From an uncultured Pseudomonadota bacterium (GTDB taxonomy: Bacteria > Pseudomonadota > Alphaproteobacteria > Rs-D84), in assembly GCA_949292385.1 (NCBI GenBank), contig CASEZC010000034.1, positions 1-42,454 of the forward strand: a stretch of 42,454 nt of DNA. Direction: 5' to 3'. Below are positions 27,547 to 36,782 of this stretch, piece after piece. The notes beneath the pieces are model-generated. The model worked only from the letters and a program-made list of their open reading frames with translations, did not search any database and was not told the DNA's origin. The position numbers and the translations under genes are program-made. The first letter of the stretch is position 1; each line of letters opens with the position of its first letter.

Positions 27547-28769
27547 TAACTTTTTTTAACAACACGCAAGAAAGTCTTTTTACCCTTTTGAACTATAGCT
27601 TCATCTGCAATCTCAATATCTGATTTCCAATCGGTAATTTTTTCACCAGCAATCTGAATTCCACCCTGCTCCACCATACGTCTTGCCTCAGACTTAGAAG
27701 AAAACAATCCGATTGCAACCAAGAAATCTAAAACTCCGATAACGCCAGACATTTCTATTTCAACACTTGGCATATTTTCAGAATTTCCTGCACCACTAAA
27801 TAAAGCAGTTGCCGTTTCTTCAGCTTTTTGTGCAGCATCACGACCATGCGCAATTTCAGTTGCCGCAAAAGCTAAAATTTTCTTTGCTTCATTTAATTCA
27901 GCACCCTGTAATTTAGACAGTTTTTCGATTTCATCTAATGGTATTTCTGTGAAAATCTTTAAAAATTTTTCAACTAAATCATCCGGCGTGTTACGGAAAT
28001 ACTGATAGTATTCATATGGCGAAGTTTTTTCTTCATTAACCCAAACAGCGTTACCAGCAGACTTACCTATCTTATTACCATTAGAATCCGTTATAAGCGC
28101 GGTAGACAATACAAACGCTTCTTTTCCAAGTTTCTTTCGTATTAATTCTACCCCCATTATACTATTGCCCCACTGGTCTGCACCACAGAACTGTAAGATA
28201 CAATTATATTTTTTATATAAAGTTAAAAAGTCTACAGCTTGGAATGTCATATAATTAAACTCCAAAAAAGTCATTCCATTATCTAAACGTCTTTTAACAC
28301 TTTCCATAGACAACATTCTTGGAACTGTAAAATCTGTACCGAAATCGGCCAAAAAATCCATATGGCTGTAATTTTTCATCCAATCATAATTATCAACCAT
28401 AATTGCATCATTATCGGCATCACCAAACTTTATAAACTTTGATATAGATTTACGCAAACCAGCGCAGTTTTTTTCTATCTGCTCATCTGTCAACATAGGA
28501 CGCCCTTTATCACGTCCTGACGGATCACCAATTCGCCCTGTTGCCCCACCAACAAGCGTAATAGGTTTATGACCAAACTTTTGGAACCAGCGCATTAACA
28601 TCAACGAAGCCAAATGTCCAACATGTAAAGAATCACCAGTTGGATCCGTTCCCCAATAACCGACAACAGAACCAGAACTTAATGCATCATCTAACGCTTC
28701 TAGATTAGACGATTGGTTTAAAAAGCCACGAGCTTCCAATTCTTTTAACAATTCACTTTTCATCATCAA
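27546..28769 (-). CDS. tyrS: Tyrosine--tRNA ligase
   Basis: GTDPTGDSLHVGH, GRIGDPSG, EFNY..FQAVDF, GADQWGN, KIGKS, C-terminal S4-like domain. Confidence 0.98.
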   Translation of the reverse strand: MMMKSELLKELEARGFLNQSSNLEALDDALSSGSVVGYWGTDPTGDSLHVGHLASLMLMRWFQKFGHKPITLVGGATGRIGDPSGRDKGRPMLTDEQIEKNCAGLRKSISKFIKFGDADNDAIMVDNYDWMKNYSHMDFLADFGTDFTVPRMLSMESVKRRLDNGMTFLEFNYMTFQAVDFLTLYKKYNCILQFCGADQWGNSIMGVELIRKKLGKEAFVLSTALITDSNGNKIGKSAGNAVWVNEEKTSPYEYYQYFRNTPDDLVEKFLKIFTEIPLDEIEKLSKLQGAELNEAKKILAFAATEIAHGRDAAQKAEETATALFSGAGNSENMPSVEIEMSGVIGVLDFLVAIGLFSSKSEARRMVEQGGIQIAGEKITDWKSDIEIADEAIVQKGKKTFLRVVKKS

Positions 28770-28822
28770 AATCCCTTTGGCACTTATGATATCAAAATAA
28801 ATTTCATTATTCCATAACTTAA

Positions 28823-28860
28823 AGAAAAAAACCGCACTTTATACAAAGCGCGGTTTTTCT
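28823..28860. terminator. Terminator after tsf
   Basis: AGAAAAAAACCGCACTTT-ATAC-AAAGCGCGGTTTTTCT. Confidence 0.75.
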
Positions 28861-28877
28861 AATGCATTACAGAAACA

Positions 28878-29747
28878 TTAGCCCAACATTTTAGCAACTT
28901 CATCTGCCAAATTGTCTTCGCGCTTTTGTATACCTTCACCCAATACGTAATAAGCGAAACCAGCCAATTTACCACCAGCTTCTTCAACGACTTGCTTTAC
29001 GGTTTTAGATGGGTCCATAACGAATGGCTGTTCTTCCAAAACAGTTTCTGCATAATACTTCTGGATACGACCATTTACCATTTTTTCAACAACCTGTTCA
29101 GGTTTACCAGCCGTAGCACCAGATTCAATAAATACCTTCTTTTCACGTTCAACCGCTTCTGGATCAACGTCTGCGATTGTCATGAATTCAGGCTTATTAG
29201 CTGCGATATGCATTGCAATTTTCGTACCAATTTCATCAATTTTTTCAGAATCACCATTAATTGCAACCGCAACGCCAATCTGTCCCATACCTGGAACTAA
29301 TGCGTTATGGATATAAGTATAAATATGATCACCTGAAACTTTTGCGATACGACGCAAATTCATATTTTCACCGATAGTGGAAATAGTAGCTGCGATATCA
29401 TCTTTAACAGCAGCCAATGTTGCATCAAAATCACCCTTTAATTCCAAAGCTTTATTAGCAACGTCAGCAACTAATTTCTGGAATTTATCATTTTTAGCAA
29501 CGAAATCTGTTTCTGCGTTTAATTCTACAACGCAACCCATATCATCACACTTAACAACGGTTACCAAACCAGATGCAGCAACACGACCAGCTTTTGAAGC
29601 AGCTTTTACGATACCTTTCTGACGTAACCAATCGGCAGCAGCCTCTATATCGCCGTTATTTTCAATCAAGGCTTTTTTACAATCCATCATACCTGCTGAA
29701 GTTTTTTCACGCAGTTCTTGAATTAATTTTGCTGTTACTTCTGCCAT
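28878..29747 (-). CDS. tsf: Elongation factor Ts
   Basis: LREKTSAGMMDCKKAL, ELNAETDFVAKN, AMHIAA. Confidence 0.99.
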   Translation of the reverse strand: MAEVTAKLIQELREKTSAGMMDCKKALIENNGDIEAAADWLRQKGIVKAASKAGRVAASGLVTVVKCDDMGCVVELNAETDFVAKNDKFQKLVADVANKALELKGDFDATLAAVKDDIAATISTIGENMNLRRIAKVSGDHIYTYIHNALVPGMGQIGVAVAINGDSEKIDEIGTKIAMHIAANKPEFMTIADVDPEAVEREKKVFIESGATAGKPEQVVEKMVNGRIQKYYAETVLEEQPFVMDPSKTVKQVVEEAGGKLAGFAYYVLGEGIQKREDNLADEVAKMLG

Positions 29748-29787
29748 TTGTGTTTTCTCCCATATATAATTAGTTTATCTGGTTCAC

Positions 29788-29825
29788 CGGTATCCTTAAT
29801 AAGATTAACTTTTTTAAAGATACCG
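29788..29825 (-). promoter_or_regulatory. Intercistronic stem-loop between rpsB and tsf (attenuator or stability hairpin)
   Basis: CGGTATCCTTAATAAG-ATTAA-CTTTTTTAAAGATACCG imperfect inverted repeat. Confidence 0.55.
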
Positions 29826-29872
29826 ATAAAACACTTACAAGACCCAGTTGTTTATTTCTGCGTCTCTTTTAA

Positions 29873-30724
29873 TTATTTTTCAGCCTTATCAGCTAATTTA
29901 CCACGACGTTCTGCGCGTGCTTCTGAAGTTTTAGATTTCTGACGAGCTTCTTTATCTTTAACATCAGCTTCGAAATCATCTGCAACATCAGCAGCCATAT
30001 CAGATTCTACTTTCTTGCTGGCTGCACCGCCCAAACGTTTTTCGATACCAGACAATATAGCATCTACGAACAAGTCACAATACAATTGTGTTGCGCGTGC
30101 TGCGTCGTCATTACCTGGTACAGGATAATCAACCATTTCTGGATTAGCGTTTGTATCGCAAATAGCAATTGTTGGAATATCCAAGTTTCTTGCTTCACGA
30201 ACAGCGTTCATTTCGCGTGGAACATCAATTACAATCATTGCTTGTGGTGTACCATGCATATCCAAGATACCACCAAAAATATCACGCAATTTTGCAACTT
30301 CTTTTGTCATAACGCCGACTTCTTTCTTAGTCAAACCTAATTTTTCAGCGTTTTCGATATCAGATTCCATCTTTTTCAAACGACGAATAGACTGAGAAAC
30401 GGTTGTCCAGTTAGTCAACATACCACCCAACCAGCGGTTGTTTACATAATATTGACCGCAACGTTCTGCAGCATCTTTAACAATGTCTTTTGCCTGATGT
30501 TTTGTTGCAACGAATAAAACTTTACCACCTGCTGCAGCAATAGCTTCCAACGCAACCAATGCACGATGTAACAAAGGTGCTGTTTTATTCAAGTTAATGA
30601 TGTGAATTTTATCCTTAACGCCATAAACATATGGTGTCATTAATGGATTCCAGCGACGAGTGTGATGTCCGAAATGTACACCCGCTTCCATAAGCTGTTT
30701 CATAGTAAATGTAGGCAATGCCAT
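29873..30724 (-). CDS. rpsB: 30S ribosomal protein S2
   Basis: EAGVHFGH, RWNP, RWLGGMLTN, PGNDDA. Confidence 0.99.
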   Translation of the reverse strand: MALPTFTMKQLMEAGVHFGHHTRRWNPLMTPYVYGVKDKIHIINLNKTAPLLHRALVALEAIAAAGGKVLFVATKHQAKDIVKDAAERCGQYYVNNRWLGGMLTNWTTVSQSIRRLKKMESDIENAEKLGLTKKEVGVMTKEVAKLRDIFGGILDMHGTPQAMIVIDVPREMNAVREARNLDIPTIAICDTNANPEMVDYPVPGNDDAARATQLYCDLFVDAILSGIEKRLGGAASKKVESDMAADVADDFEADVKDKEARQKSKTSEARAERRGKLADKAEK

Positions 30725-30749
30725 GATTTTATCCTTTTTTCTGTTATTT

Positions 30750-30835
30750 TCCTCACTGTTGGTATAAAGGCCGCTTTAAAACGGACAGAAATATAAACCG
30801 AACAGCTGTGTTCTTCGTGCAATACAGCACGTGAC
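30750..30835 (-). promoter_or_regulatory. Structured rpsB leader, probable S2 autoregulatory element
   Basis: Minus strand CTGTT-C-GGT pairs with ACC-AACAG, enclosing a CCG/CGG hairpin and followed by GAGG; position matches known S2 leaders. Confidence 0.5.
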
Positions 30836-30989
30836 TCAAATAATATTCCAGTATTCGATAAAAATCAAGAAAAATTTGATACTTAGACATATTTATAAAA
30901 CTCAAGCAAAATATTTATATTATTGAACTTGTTTTTTTATAATAAGCATTTAAAATATACAAGTAATGTATTGAAGGAAGGGAAATATT

Positions 30990-33900
30990 ATGCATAAAAC
31001 GAAGAACGCCAATCGCAATATTAATTCCGCAAAATCAAAAAAAAAGAATAACAGAAGTATCTTCGGTTCTTGGAAGAAAATCGGTTTTATTTCTTTGGTT
31101 GCCTTGGCAGTTATCATTTTATCGGCAATTCTTCTTATTAACATATTTTCTTCTGACAAAAACAAAACAGTATTCTCATTAGAATCAAACACCCCAAATC
31201 CAGTACAGTTCTCTGACAAGAATTTTGCAATATTTGCAAACGAAAACAAATTGCCGGAAATAAACAATAATCGTGATACATACCCAACTGAAGATTTAAT
31301 ATTATCTTACCAACTAGAATCAGGTTCCTATCAGTCAGCATTAAAATCAAACATCAATGATAAAGACCTGCAAAACAAAATACAAATTACACCTTTTATA
31401 AAAGGAACTTGGCGTATTTATGGCGATTCTCAAATAGTATTCAAGCCTGAAACAGATTGGCCAGCAGGCAAAAAATTTACAGTAAGAATAAGCGAAGATA
31501 TTTTAAACCCAGACATAAAAACGAATAAAAACAAGATATCTTTCACTACGCCTGAAATAACGGCAAACATAGAAAGTTTTAATACATATCCTGCAATCAA
31601 AGAAAAGAAATCTGTTATAGGTGTTGCTGTAATATCATTCAATTATCCAATTGATACAAAAGGCTTTAAAGATAAGGTATTTTTAAAACTAGATGATGAA
31701 AAGCTTGATTTTACAGTAAAATACGACCGTTTTGACATGACAGCAATGATAACAACGGCACCTATTACAATAACAGACAACAGCCAAATAATCCGATTAA
31801 AAATAAATAGAGTAGATGCTTTATACGGCGATTCATCAACAGAAAAAATAACCGCACACGAAACAATAGAATCAGCAGACAATATATTTAAAATATCAAA
31901 TTTAACGACAACTGTTGCCGACAATTCTGAAGGTAACGCAGAACAGTTGCTACTATTAAATATGACAACAGCTGCATCCAGCAATACAAATTGGGCAGAT
32001 AAAGTAAGCGCATATTTATTACCTGAATATATTGATTCAGATGAAGAAAATGAAAAAAATACTCATGTTTGGAAAATAGATGAAGTCACGCCAGAGATAA
32101 TAAAGGAATCAAAAAAATTAAATTTGAAAAAAGTTGATTTTGCTACTCCGACAGGTGTCTATCAATATGCGTTTTCTTATGATGTATCAGATAAAAACAA
32201 CAGATATATTTATGTATCTGTAAAGAACGGAATAGAATCATCTGGTGGTTTCATATTAAAAGACGGCCTGACCAAAGTAATGCCCGTTCCATATCCTGCA
32301 AAAGAAGTAAAAATTGCAGGCAGCGGCGCGTTATTATCCTTATCAGGCGAAAAGAAACTGGGCATAACCGCACGTGGTGGCGTAGAAAAAGCATATGTTA
32401 ACTTATACAAAGTAAAATCTTCAGAAATAAATCACCTTATTTCACAGACATATAATATATTTGACCCAAAATTATCATTTAAATCTTGGTCTTTTGGCGT
32501 ATATGATATGTCAGTTGTTTTCCAAAAAACGATTTCTTTCGCAAACAAATCTATGAAAGAAACTAATTACGCATCTGTTGATTTAGGAGATTTTTTAGAC
32601 AGGACCAAAAACGATAAAACAGGCATATTTATAATTCAAACTGGTGCGACTGAAAGCCAGGCAGAATATAATGATAAAAGACTTGTTCTGCTAACGGACC
32701 TGGGAATTATCAGAAAAGTAAATCTGGATGAAACGTCTGATGTTTTTATATCTAATTTATCTGACGGAACGCCAGCATCGGATGTAGAAATATCTGTTCT
32801 AGGAAGAAATGGTAATGCAATTTGGGCAGGCAGAACAGATTCAACAGGTCATGCAGAACTGCCAAAATTTGCATGGAATGAATACAGAAATGCCCGCGAA
32901 CCGGTTGCTATTGTTGCACGCCGCGGCAATGATATATCATTCATACCATTTAACAGCTATGCTCAACAGGTAGAATATTCTAAATTTGACGTAGATGGTA
33001 CTTACCATATTTCAGGAACTCCGCTAAACGCATATGTATTTTCTGACCGAGGAATCTATCGTCCCGGAGAAAACGTAATAATTGCTGGCATTGTAAAAAA
33101 CAAAACCTTCAAATCATTATCTGGTATACCTGTAAAAATTGAGATTCGCGATTCTCGTGGCAGAATTGTACTTGAAAACACAATATCATTACCATCAGAC
33201 GGTATGTTCAACGTATCTTACGACACACCTGAAAATGCTGTCATCGGAGATTACATAGCAAACGTATTTTCTTTAAATTCTAATAATTCTATTAAAGATA
33301 TGCTTGGCACGACGAATTTCAGAGTGGAAGAATTTGTCCCAGACACAATGAAAATAACAGCCAATATAAACGGAAAAACAGAAAATGGTTGGTTATCACC
33401 AGAAAACATAACGGCAGATGTAACGCTAAGAAATTTATTTGGCACACCTGCTCAAAACAGAAAAATTACGGCATACGCTGTTTTGAGTCCAATAAATTTC
33501 TCTTTTGACAAATATTCTGATTATAAATTTACACCGAATTTCATATCAGGAACAGGCCTGGCGTCAAACACAGTTCAACGCGCCCAAACGATTACACAAG
33601 AATTGCAAAGCACCGAAACCGACGATAACGGTAACGCAAAAATAAACGTAAAATTTGATAAAATTGTGCCAAGCGGTACATACAGCATATCATTAAATAT
33701 AAAAGGATATGAAGCAAATGGCGGAAAAAGCGTTCAAACGAACGTATCTACACGCGTATCTGACGCAAAATATTTGGTTGGATATAAAGTAAATTCAGAC
33801 TTATCCTATATAAATCGTAACGATAAACAAAACATAAAAGTAATCGCCATAGACCATACAGCAACCCCAATAACAGTAAAAGATTTGACACTGAGATTAA

Positions 33901-36782
33901 TAAAACAAGAAACTTTAACAAGTCTTGTAAAGGATTACAACAATTACTACAAATATCAAACGATATCACAGGACAGAATTGTATCTCAGAATAAAATAGA
34001 TATATCTGATTCAGGTAACAGCATAGAATTAGACACAAAAAGTTCTGGAACATATGTACTGCAAATTCTTGACGCATCAGATAAAATCTTGGCCAACATC
34101 AATTACTATGTTGCTGGCGAAGAAAATTTATCGCTTCAAACTAATACAAACGCAGAATTGCAGGTAAAATTAAATTCAAAAGAATATGAACCTGGTCAGG
34201 ATATAGAACTTAACATTACAGCACCATATATTGGCACAGGTTTAATCACTATTGAACGAGATAAAGTATACGCATATAAATGGTTTAACACCAATACGAC
34301 ATCTTCCATTCAGCGTATAACCGTACCAAAAGATTTCGAAGGCACAGGTTATGTTAACGTTTCTTTCGTCCGCGATATAAATAGTCGTGATATATTCACA
34401 TCACCATATACATATGCGGTTGCACCTTTCTCTGCGGACGTAAGCAAACGAAAAATAACAGTAAACCTTTCTGCACCAAAAACAATCAGTGATAATAAAC
34501 TTACTATAAAATATAAAACATCAAAAGATGCTAACTTGATGATATTTGCCATCAACGAAGGTATTTTACAAGTTGCTAAATATCAAATACCAAACCCATT
34601 GGCACACTTCTTCAAGAAGTCAGCATTACAAGTAAATACTTATCAAATATTGTCTTTGTTGTTACCTGAATATAAAATCTTGCGCGAGTTTGCAAAAACT
34701 GGCGGTGGCGATTACGAAGGCGGCGCAAGCGATATAAATCAAATATTAACAAATCCTTTCGGCAGAAAAACTTTACCACCAGTTGCATTTTATTCAGGAA
34801 TAATAAAAACAAAAGCAAACACAGAAAAAGAAATATCTTTCGATGTTCCGGAATATTTTTCTGGCTCTATAAAGATTTTTGCGGTTGCAGCAAATGACTC
34901 GTCCGTAGGTTCAGCTGATACTGAAACAACGGTAAAATATCCGCTGACTATTACGACATCTTCTCCGTTATTTGTTGCACCAGGCGATTCTTTTGAAATA
35001 AATACTTTAATTTCAAATTCATATGAATCAGAACAAAACGCAGATAACGTAACCACAACAATAAAAGTTTCTGATAATATGGTTTTAAAGTCAGAAAATA
35101 AAGCGTCTAAAAAAATAGAACAGAATTCTGAAGACGTATTTAAGTATTCTGTAAAATCAACGGAAAAACTTGGTAACGCAGAAATATCTGTAAATGCCAC
35201 GCTATCTGATAATGCAGGTAAAGAATTATACAGCAAAAACAATGTATCAACGCTGTCAATTCGCCCTGCAACAACATATAAAACAGAAATCAGAACAGGT
35301 AAATTAAATTCAAAAACTACAAAAATAAAAAATTTCAATTTACCGGTATTTCCAGAACACAGTAATAAAGCATTGATAATATCTGGCAACGAAAGTTCTC
35401 TTGCCCTGCCCTTGTTCGCATATTTAAAAGAATACGATTATTCTTGCTCTGAACAGGTAGTATCAAAAGCAATGCCATATGCAATTATGCCGACAGATTC
35501 TTTACTTGGCACAACGCAAGAAACTTCATCAAAAGAAATTGAAAAAGCCATAAACGTCTTAAAAAATCGCCAAAACGATGACGGTTCTTTCAGCATGTGG
35601 TCTAATGATAATTATAACTCATTAGATAATTCTGATTATGAAACAGCGTATTTAACAGCTTATGCGACAGAATTTTTGACAATTGCGAAAGAAAATGGCT
35701 TTAACGTTCCTAAAAACATGCTTTCACGTGCAATCAATTATTTAAGAAGCTATGCAGGTGATACGATTAGCAACAATGAACAGGCACGCTCGGTTGCATT
35801 TGCGATTTATGCTATTACCAGAAATGGATACGTTACAACCAGCTATATAGATACATTTGAAGAATATGCAAATGCAAACATGAAAAACTGGGAAAAAGAA
35901 ATTTCTGGCGCATATATAGCAGCTTCATATAAACTATTAAAACAAGACGATTTAGCAGATAAATTAATATACAAATATAAAAAATCTGATTCCAAGAATT
36001 TTGAATATTCTGGCATATTCAGCAACAACATAGCTGATAATGCAATGTATTATTATCTGACAAAAACATATTTCGCAGATAGTGCTTCTGATATATATGA
36101 TTATATAGAAAACTATATCAATGCAGGAAATTATGATTCTTATACGGCATCAATCATAGTTATGGCGCTTTCCGGTAATAACGAATCCGCCAGCGATTTA
36201 TTAAAAGAAATTACCGTAACTTCAAACGATAAGAAGCTTGAATCTACTCTTCAAGATTCCAGCATAAAAGTAACGGTTCCTATGGATGCGGAATCTTTAG
36301 AAATAACCTGCTCTGGCTGTGAAAAGTCCACAAAATTGTTCTATACACTTTTACAGCAAGGTTATCCAAAAGCTTCAGAAGCGGAATCAAATGGCTTAGA
36401 AGTAATACGCGAATATTATGACCAACAAGGCAATCGCGTAACCAGTGGTAACATCGGTGATATTATAACAGTAAAAATATTTGCCCGTACTCGTGGTAAT
36501 GTAGAAAATGCATCTGACGTTGTGATATCAGATCTGTTACCTGGCGGTTTTATCATAGACGAAATAAAATCGGATGAATCTGAAAATATAGAAGTTCGAG
36601 AAGACCGAGTCATTATATACACAGATTTATCACGTACAGCAAAAGAAATATCATATACGGCTCAATTAGGCAGCACAGGAACATTTACAATTCCTGGAAT
36701 TTATGCCGAGTCTATGTATAATTCCAAAATAAATGCAACGGGCAATACAGGCACATTCAAAGTTTTAAATGAAGAAAACTAA
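30990..36782 (+). CDS. Bacterial alpha-2-macroglobulin (YfhM/A2M family)
   Basis: 1930 aa; FSDRGIYRPGE, FRVEEFVPD, thioester motif YSCSEQ, RQNDDGSFSMW, DLLPGGF, EVREDRV; directly upstream of pbpC. Confidence 0.95.
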   Translation: MHKTKNANRNINSAKSKKKNNRSIFGSWKKIGFISLVALAVIILSAILLINIFSSDKNKTVFSLESNTPNPVQFSDKNFAIFANENKLPEINNNRDTYPTEDLILSYQLESGSYQSALKSNINDKDLQNKIQITPFIKGTWRIYGDSQIVFKPETDWPAGKKFTVRISEDILNPDIKTNKNKISFTTPEITANIESFNTYPAIKEKKSVIGVAVISFNYPIDTKGFKDKVFLKLDDEKLDFTVKYDRFDMTAMITTAPITITDNSQIIRLKINRVDALYGDSSTEKITAHETIESADNIFKISNLTTTVADNSEGNAEQLLLLNMTTAASSNTNWADKVSAYLLPEYIDSDEENEKNTHVWKIDEVTPEIIKESKKLNLKKVDFATPTGVYQYAFSYDVSDKNNRYIYVSVKNGIESSGGFILKDGLTKVMPVPYPAKEVKIAGSGALLSLSGEKKLGITARGGVEKAYVNLYKVKSSEINHLISQTYNIFDPKLSFKSWSFGVYDMSVVFQKTISFANKSMKETNYASVDLGDFLDRTKNDKTGIFIIQTGATESQAEYNDKRLVLLTDLGIIRKVNLDETSDVFISNLSDGTPASDVEISVLGRNGNAIWAGRTDSTGHAELPKFAWNEYRNAREPVAIVARRGNDISFIPFNSYAQQVEYSKFDVDGTYHISGTPLNAYVFSDRGIYRPGENVIIAGIVKNKTFKSLSGIPVKIEIRDSRGRIVLENTISLPSDGMFNVSYDTPENAVIGDYIANVFSLNSNNSIKDMLGTTNFRVEEFVPDTMKITANINGKTENGWLSPENITADVTLRNLFGTPAQNRKITAYAVLSPINFSFDKYSDYKFTPNFISGTGLASNTVQRAQTITQELQSTETDDNGNAKINVKFDKIVPSGTYSISLNIKGYEANGGKSVQTNVSTRVSDAKYLVGYKVNSDLSYINRNDKQNIKVIAIDHTATPITVKDLTLRLIKQETLTSLVKDYNNYYKYQTISQDRIVSQNKIDISDSGNSIELDTKSSGTYVLQILDASDKILANINYYVAGEENLSLQTNTNAELQVKLNSKEYEPGQDIELNITAPYIGTGLITIERDKVYAYKWFNTNTTSSIQRITVPKDFEGTGYVNVSFVRDINSRDIFTSPYTYAVAPFSADVSKRKITVNLSAPKTISDNKLTIKYKTSKDANLMIFAINEGILQVAKYQIPNPLAHFFKKSALQVNTYQILSLLLPEYKILREFAKTGGGDYEGGASDINQILTNPFGRKTLPPVAFYSGIIKTKANTEKEISFDVPEYFSGSIKIFAVAANDSSVGSADTETTVKYPLTITTSSPLFVAPGDSFEINTLISNSYESEQNADNVTTTIKVSDNMVLKSENKASKKIEQNSEDVFKYSVKSTEKLGNAEISVNATLSDNAGKELYSKNNVSTLSIRPATTYKTEIRTGKLNSKTTKIKNFNLPVFPEHSNKALIISGNESSLALPLFAYLKEYDYSCSEQVVSKAMPYAIMPTDSLLGTTQETSSKEIEKAINVLKNRQNDDGSFSMWSNDNYNSLDNSDYETAYLTAYATEFLTIAKENGFNVPKNMLSRAINYLRSYAGDTISNNEQARSVAFAIYAITRNGYVTTSYIDTFEEYANANMKNWEKEISGAYIAASYKLLKQDDLADKLIYKYKKSDSKNFEYSGIFSNNIADNAMYYYLTKTYFADSASDIYDYIENYINAGNYDSYTASIIVMALSGNNESASDLLKEITVTSNDKKLESTLQDSSIKVTVPMDAESLEITCSGCEKSTKLFYTLLQQGYPKASEAESNGLEVIREYYDQQGNRVTSGNIGDIITVKIFARTRGNVENASDVVISDLLPGGFIIDEIKSDESENIEVREDRVIIYTDLSRTAKEISYTAQLGSTGTFTIPGIYAESMYNSKINATGNTGTFKVLNEEN

